From: Candidatus Oxydemutatoraceae bacterium
Lineage (GTDB): Bacteria > Pseudomonadota > Gammaproteobacteria > Poriferisulfidales > Oxydemutatoraceae
Assembly: GCA_965218975.1 (NCBI GenBank)
Contig: OZ244717.1
Coordinates: 1,600,001-1,664,000, forward strand
Reading direction: 5' to 3'
Length of the DNA stretch: 64,000 bases
Position 1 is the stretch's first letter, and each line of letters begins with the position of its first letter. Position numbers and translations under genes: made by a program. Below the pieces are notes generated by a model. The model had not been told where the DNA came from, ran no database searches, and saw nothing but the letters and a program-made list of their open reading frames with translations. Of the stretch, positions 61,768-64,000 are shown piece after piece.

Positions 61768-62733
61768 TTATATATTCATCCTTCTCAAAATAGACTCCAA
61801 TATGCCCCTGCCCCCTTTTTTCTTCAGAATGCTAGCCAGCCTCCTCCTCCTTGTAAGGTATCTTATAAATTTAAATTTTATTTTTAATATAACTCTTAAT
61901 GTAGAAAAAACCTCTAAACCTTTCCCTTTGATTAAAATTTTACTCAATAAGAAAACAGTTTCGGTTAAAACAAACTTCTTCTTCCTGGTGTGGTTTAAGA
62001 ATATCTTACTTTCTTTATCAAAAAACAGGCCATACCATTTCTTAATGGTCGTAACTTTATTGGATACTTTTATATATGTATAAATCCTATTCTCATAACT
62101 TTTTATTTGGTGTTTTTTAGTTAAAAGACTAAATATACTTTGGTCGTGTCTATTCGCAACAAACCCTGGATAATTAGGTAATCCGCATTGGTTTGGGTTG
62201 TCTGTTATTATTCTTTCGTCTTGAGAGTAGTACAACCATTCTTCAGCCAAGTTTATAGTTTTTTTCGACTTCCTTAAAACAAAAGAAGCTGCGTATACCT
62301 GAGGAGAATCCGTATATTCGTAAGAATCAACATCCATCAATATAAAAGCATCTCTTTTGGTCCAAACTTTTTCTCGATCACGACGACGACGTGAAGCCGA
62401 CCAACAAAAAACATCGCTATTATCACGTTTCATCGTTCTGATAACACTCTCAACGTCTTTGACAAAGTAAGCGCCCGAATCACAGTAGAACAGATAATCT
62501 TCACTGCCTATCTCCAATAACGTGTTTCTGACTATGTAAGACTTCCAAAGCCAGTATCCTCCGCCTTTTATATATTCCAGAATATGTTTATTCTTATTGT
62601 AAAACTCTGAATCAATATTTTCCGGCGAAAAAGAAATGACTTTATCAAAGCCTCCGATCAGCAGGCCCATCTTACTATTTAAGATTTGCCTTTGTTTGAA
62701 TACATTATTAGAGTAATTTATTAGTATCTTCAT
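61768..62733 (-). CDS. putative glycosyltransferase-like protein
   Basis: GYWLWK, LFYCDSG, WTKRD, NRHDQSIFSLL; AT-rich. Confidence 0.55.
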   Translation of the reverse strand: MKILINYSNNVFKQRQILNSKMGLLIGGFDKVISFSPENIDSEFYNKNKHILEYIKGGGYWLWKSYIVRNTLLEIGSEDYLFYCDSGAYFVKDVESVIRTMKRDNSDVFCWSASRRRRDREKVWTKRDAFILMDVDSYEYTDSPQVYAASFVLRKSKKTINLAEEWLYYSQDERIITDNPNQCGLPNYPGFVANRHDQSIFSLLTKKHQIKSYENRIYTYIKVSNKVTTIKKWYGLFFDKESKIFLNHTRKKKFVLTETVFLLSKILIKGKGLEVFSTLRVILKIKFKFIRYLTRRRRLASILKKKGGRGILESILRRMNI

Positions 62734-62802
62734 AATGCTTTATACTTTAATTAGTCGGAACTAACCAGTCTGAACCCACTCGCCAACAACAATTTTCATC
62801 AT

Positions 62803-63147
62803 TGTAAACGTCTCTCTAAACGGAGCAGTCTGTCGAACTTCACCTTCAACATGACAAGATAAATCATCGTATTTCAATTTCCCAGCAAATTATAAAGCGG
62901 TAAAAATAATTTTCCACGTACGATGACGCCACAGTTAAGCATAACTGCCTGTTAGTTTCCGTTGATTGATTAGTTCATGTGTAACCAGCACATCAAGCGA
63001 TAAACCATGGCATAACGCATATTCCCCGCGGACCGAACCCCACCTCATAGTCTCATCGCAAGCAGAATTTACCTCATTACACTCCAAAGAAATTTAACTG
63101 CCGAACATAAAATGCGTAAAAAACCTATAATAAACTATGCCCATAAA
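62803..63147 (-). pseudogene. degenerate direct copy of the QueD-fusion 5' end and upstream region (~60111-60598)
   Basis: Shared blocks TGTCGAACTTC, AAATCATCGT.TTTCAATTTCCC, TTGATTAGTTCATG, GCAAGCAGAATTTACC, AACTGCCGAACA. Confidence 0.85.
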
Positions 63148-63161
63148 TAATTTTAAACTAC

Positions 63162-63968
63162 ATGGAACTTTTTATAAATTTTCTTGCTTTCGCTTTGTAT
63201 TTAACCGTTGCAGCGCTTGTCCGATCATACAGCGGAACCGATACCAAAAAAGTATCCCTTATTGTTATTAAGACCGTTTGGTTCGGCGCATTAGTCAGCC
63301 ACTCTATGGCAATCGCACCGTTCATTTTCATTGACGGACGGTGGAACTTAACCTTTTTTAATGCTGCTTCCGTAACCGCCTTATTGATTGCAACGACGCT
63401 CTTTTTTAGCTGTCTAAGGCAAAGACTTGAAATATTGGCAATATTCATTTTACCGTTCGTTGCCTTCATCTTGCTATTTGGTTTTTTCACAAGCGAGAAA
63501 ATTGCTTTGACCAGTCCCAATCTTAACTTTGGTGTGCAAACACATATCATTACCTCCTTGATTGCTTATGGCGTGTTGATCCTGACTGCTGCAACCGCTA
63601 CTCTACTGCGCATACAAGACACATATCTACATCGGGGAGATACTCATAGACTGCTTACAACATTACCTTCGTTGGAACGCAGTGAAATTTTTTTGTTTCA
63701 CCTTCTTAGCCTTGGGCTCAGCCTGCTAACCTTAAGCTTGATTAGCGGTTGGATTTATTTAGAAGATTTATTTGCCCAGCACATGGTTCATAAAACGATA
63801 TTATCCGTTGTCGCTTGGTTCATATTAATTAGTTTGCTTGTCGGTCATCTATTATTCGGTTGGCGAGGTAATAAATTTCTAAGATTTCTGCTCAGTGGTA
63901 CCGGGCTTTTGATCATCGCTTACTTCGGTAGTAAAGTTGTTCTTGAATTCATTCTACACCGCGCATAA
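63162..63968 (+). CDS. CcsA/YpjD-family inner membrane protein
   Basis: HIITSLIAYG, LPSL..E, DLFAQHMVHKTILS, GWRG, AYFGSK.VLE. Confidence 0.9.
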   Translation: MELFINFLAFALYLTVAALVRSYSGTDTKKVSLIVIKTVWFGALVSHSMAIAPFIFIDGRWNLTFFNAASVTALLIATTLFFSCLRQRLEILAIFILPFVAFILLFGFFTSEKIALTSPNLNFGVQTHIITSLIAYGVLILTAATATLLRIQDTYLHRGDTHRLLTTLPSLERSEIFLFHLLSLGLSLLTLSLISGWIYLEDLFAQHMVHKTILSVVAWFILISLLVGHLLFGWRGNKFLRFLLSGTGLLIIAYFGSKVVLEFILHRA

Positions 63969-64000
63969 GTAATCGGCGCGACCTTACATGCTTGAAAATA

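Noticed and set aside
258-63550. Numerous short ORFs antisense to or nested in confident genes
   Set aside because: Shadow ORFs without recognisable motifs

Overview
Chromosomal window of a gammaproteobacterium-like genome. 1-9.7 kb is the end of a decaying defence island: SMC/RecF-like AAA ATPase, AbiEi/AbiEii type IV toxin-antitoxin, SNF2 helicase, DUF5131 plus a broken TcmP partner, and remnants of methyltransferases and DUF2971. It ends at a tmRNA/tRNA-3'-like att remnant (~9711). The rest is a housekeeping backbone (copAB, tRNA-Met, ychF-pth-rplY, uvrB, an aminotransferase, tRNA-Asn, dapA-bamC, cyaY, serS, lysS-prfB-recJ) with a methanopterin/methanofuran-type C1 cofactor cluster. Inserted into the backbone are: (i) several non-autonomous IS481-derived elements, three carrying tandem arrays of a hairpin-rich ~107-bp unit (15 copies in total); (ii) five tandem, mosaic GT92/GT2-like glycosyltransferase paralogues; (iii) a type II-C CRISPR-Cas locus whose cas9 is broken by a nonsense codon and a 528-bp DUF2306 insert, with a predicted tracrRNA and a perfect orphan repeat sitting in frame inside a small putatively secreted-protein gene 644 bp from the array; (iv) a Zn-finger/LAGLIDADG-like/QueD fusion whose 5' end recurs as a decayed copy on the far side of two AT-rich glycosylation genes. 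All family calls come from motif recognition by eye; no database searches were run.
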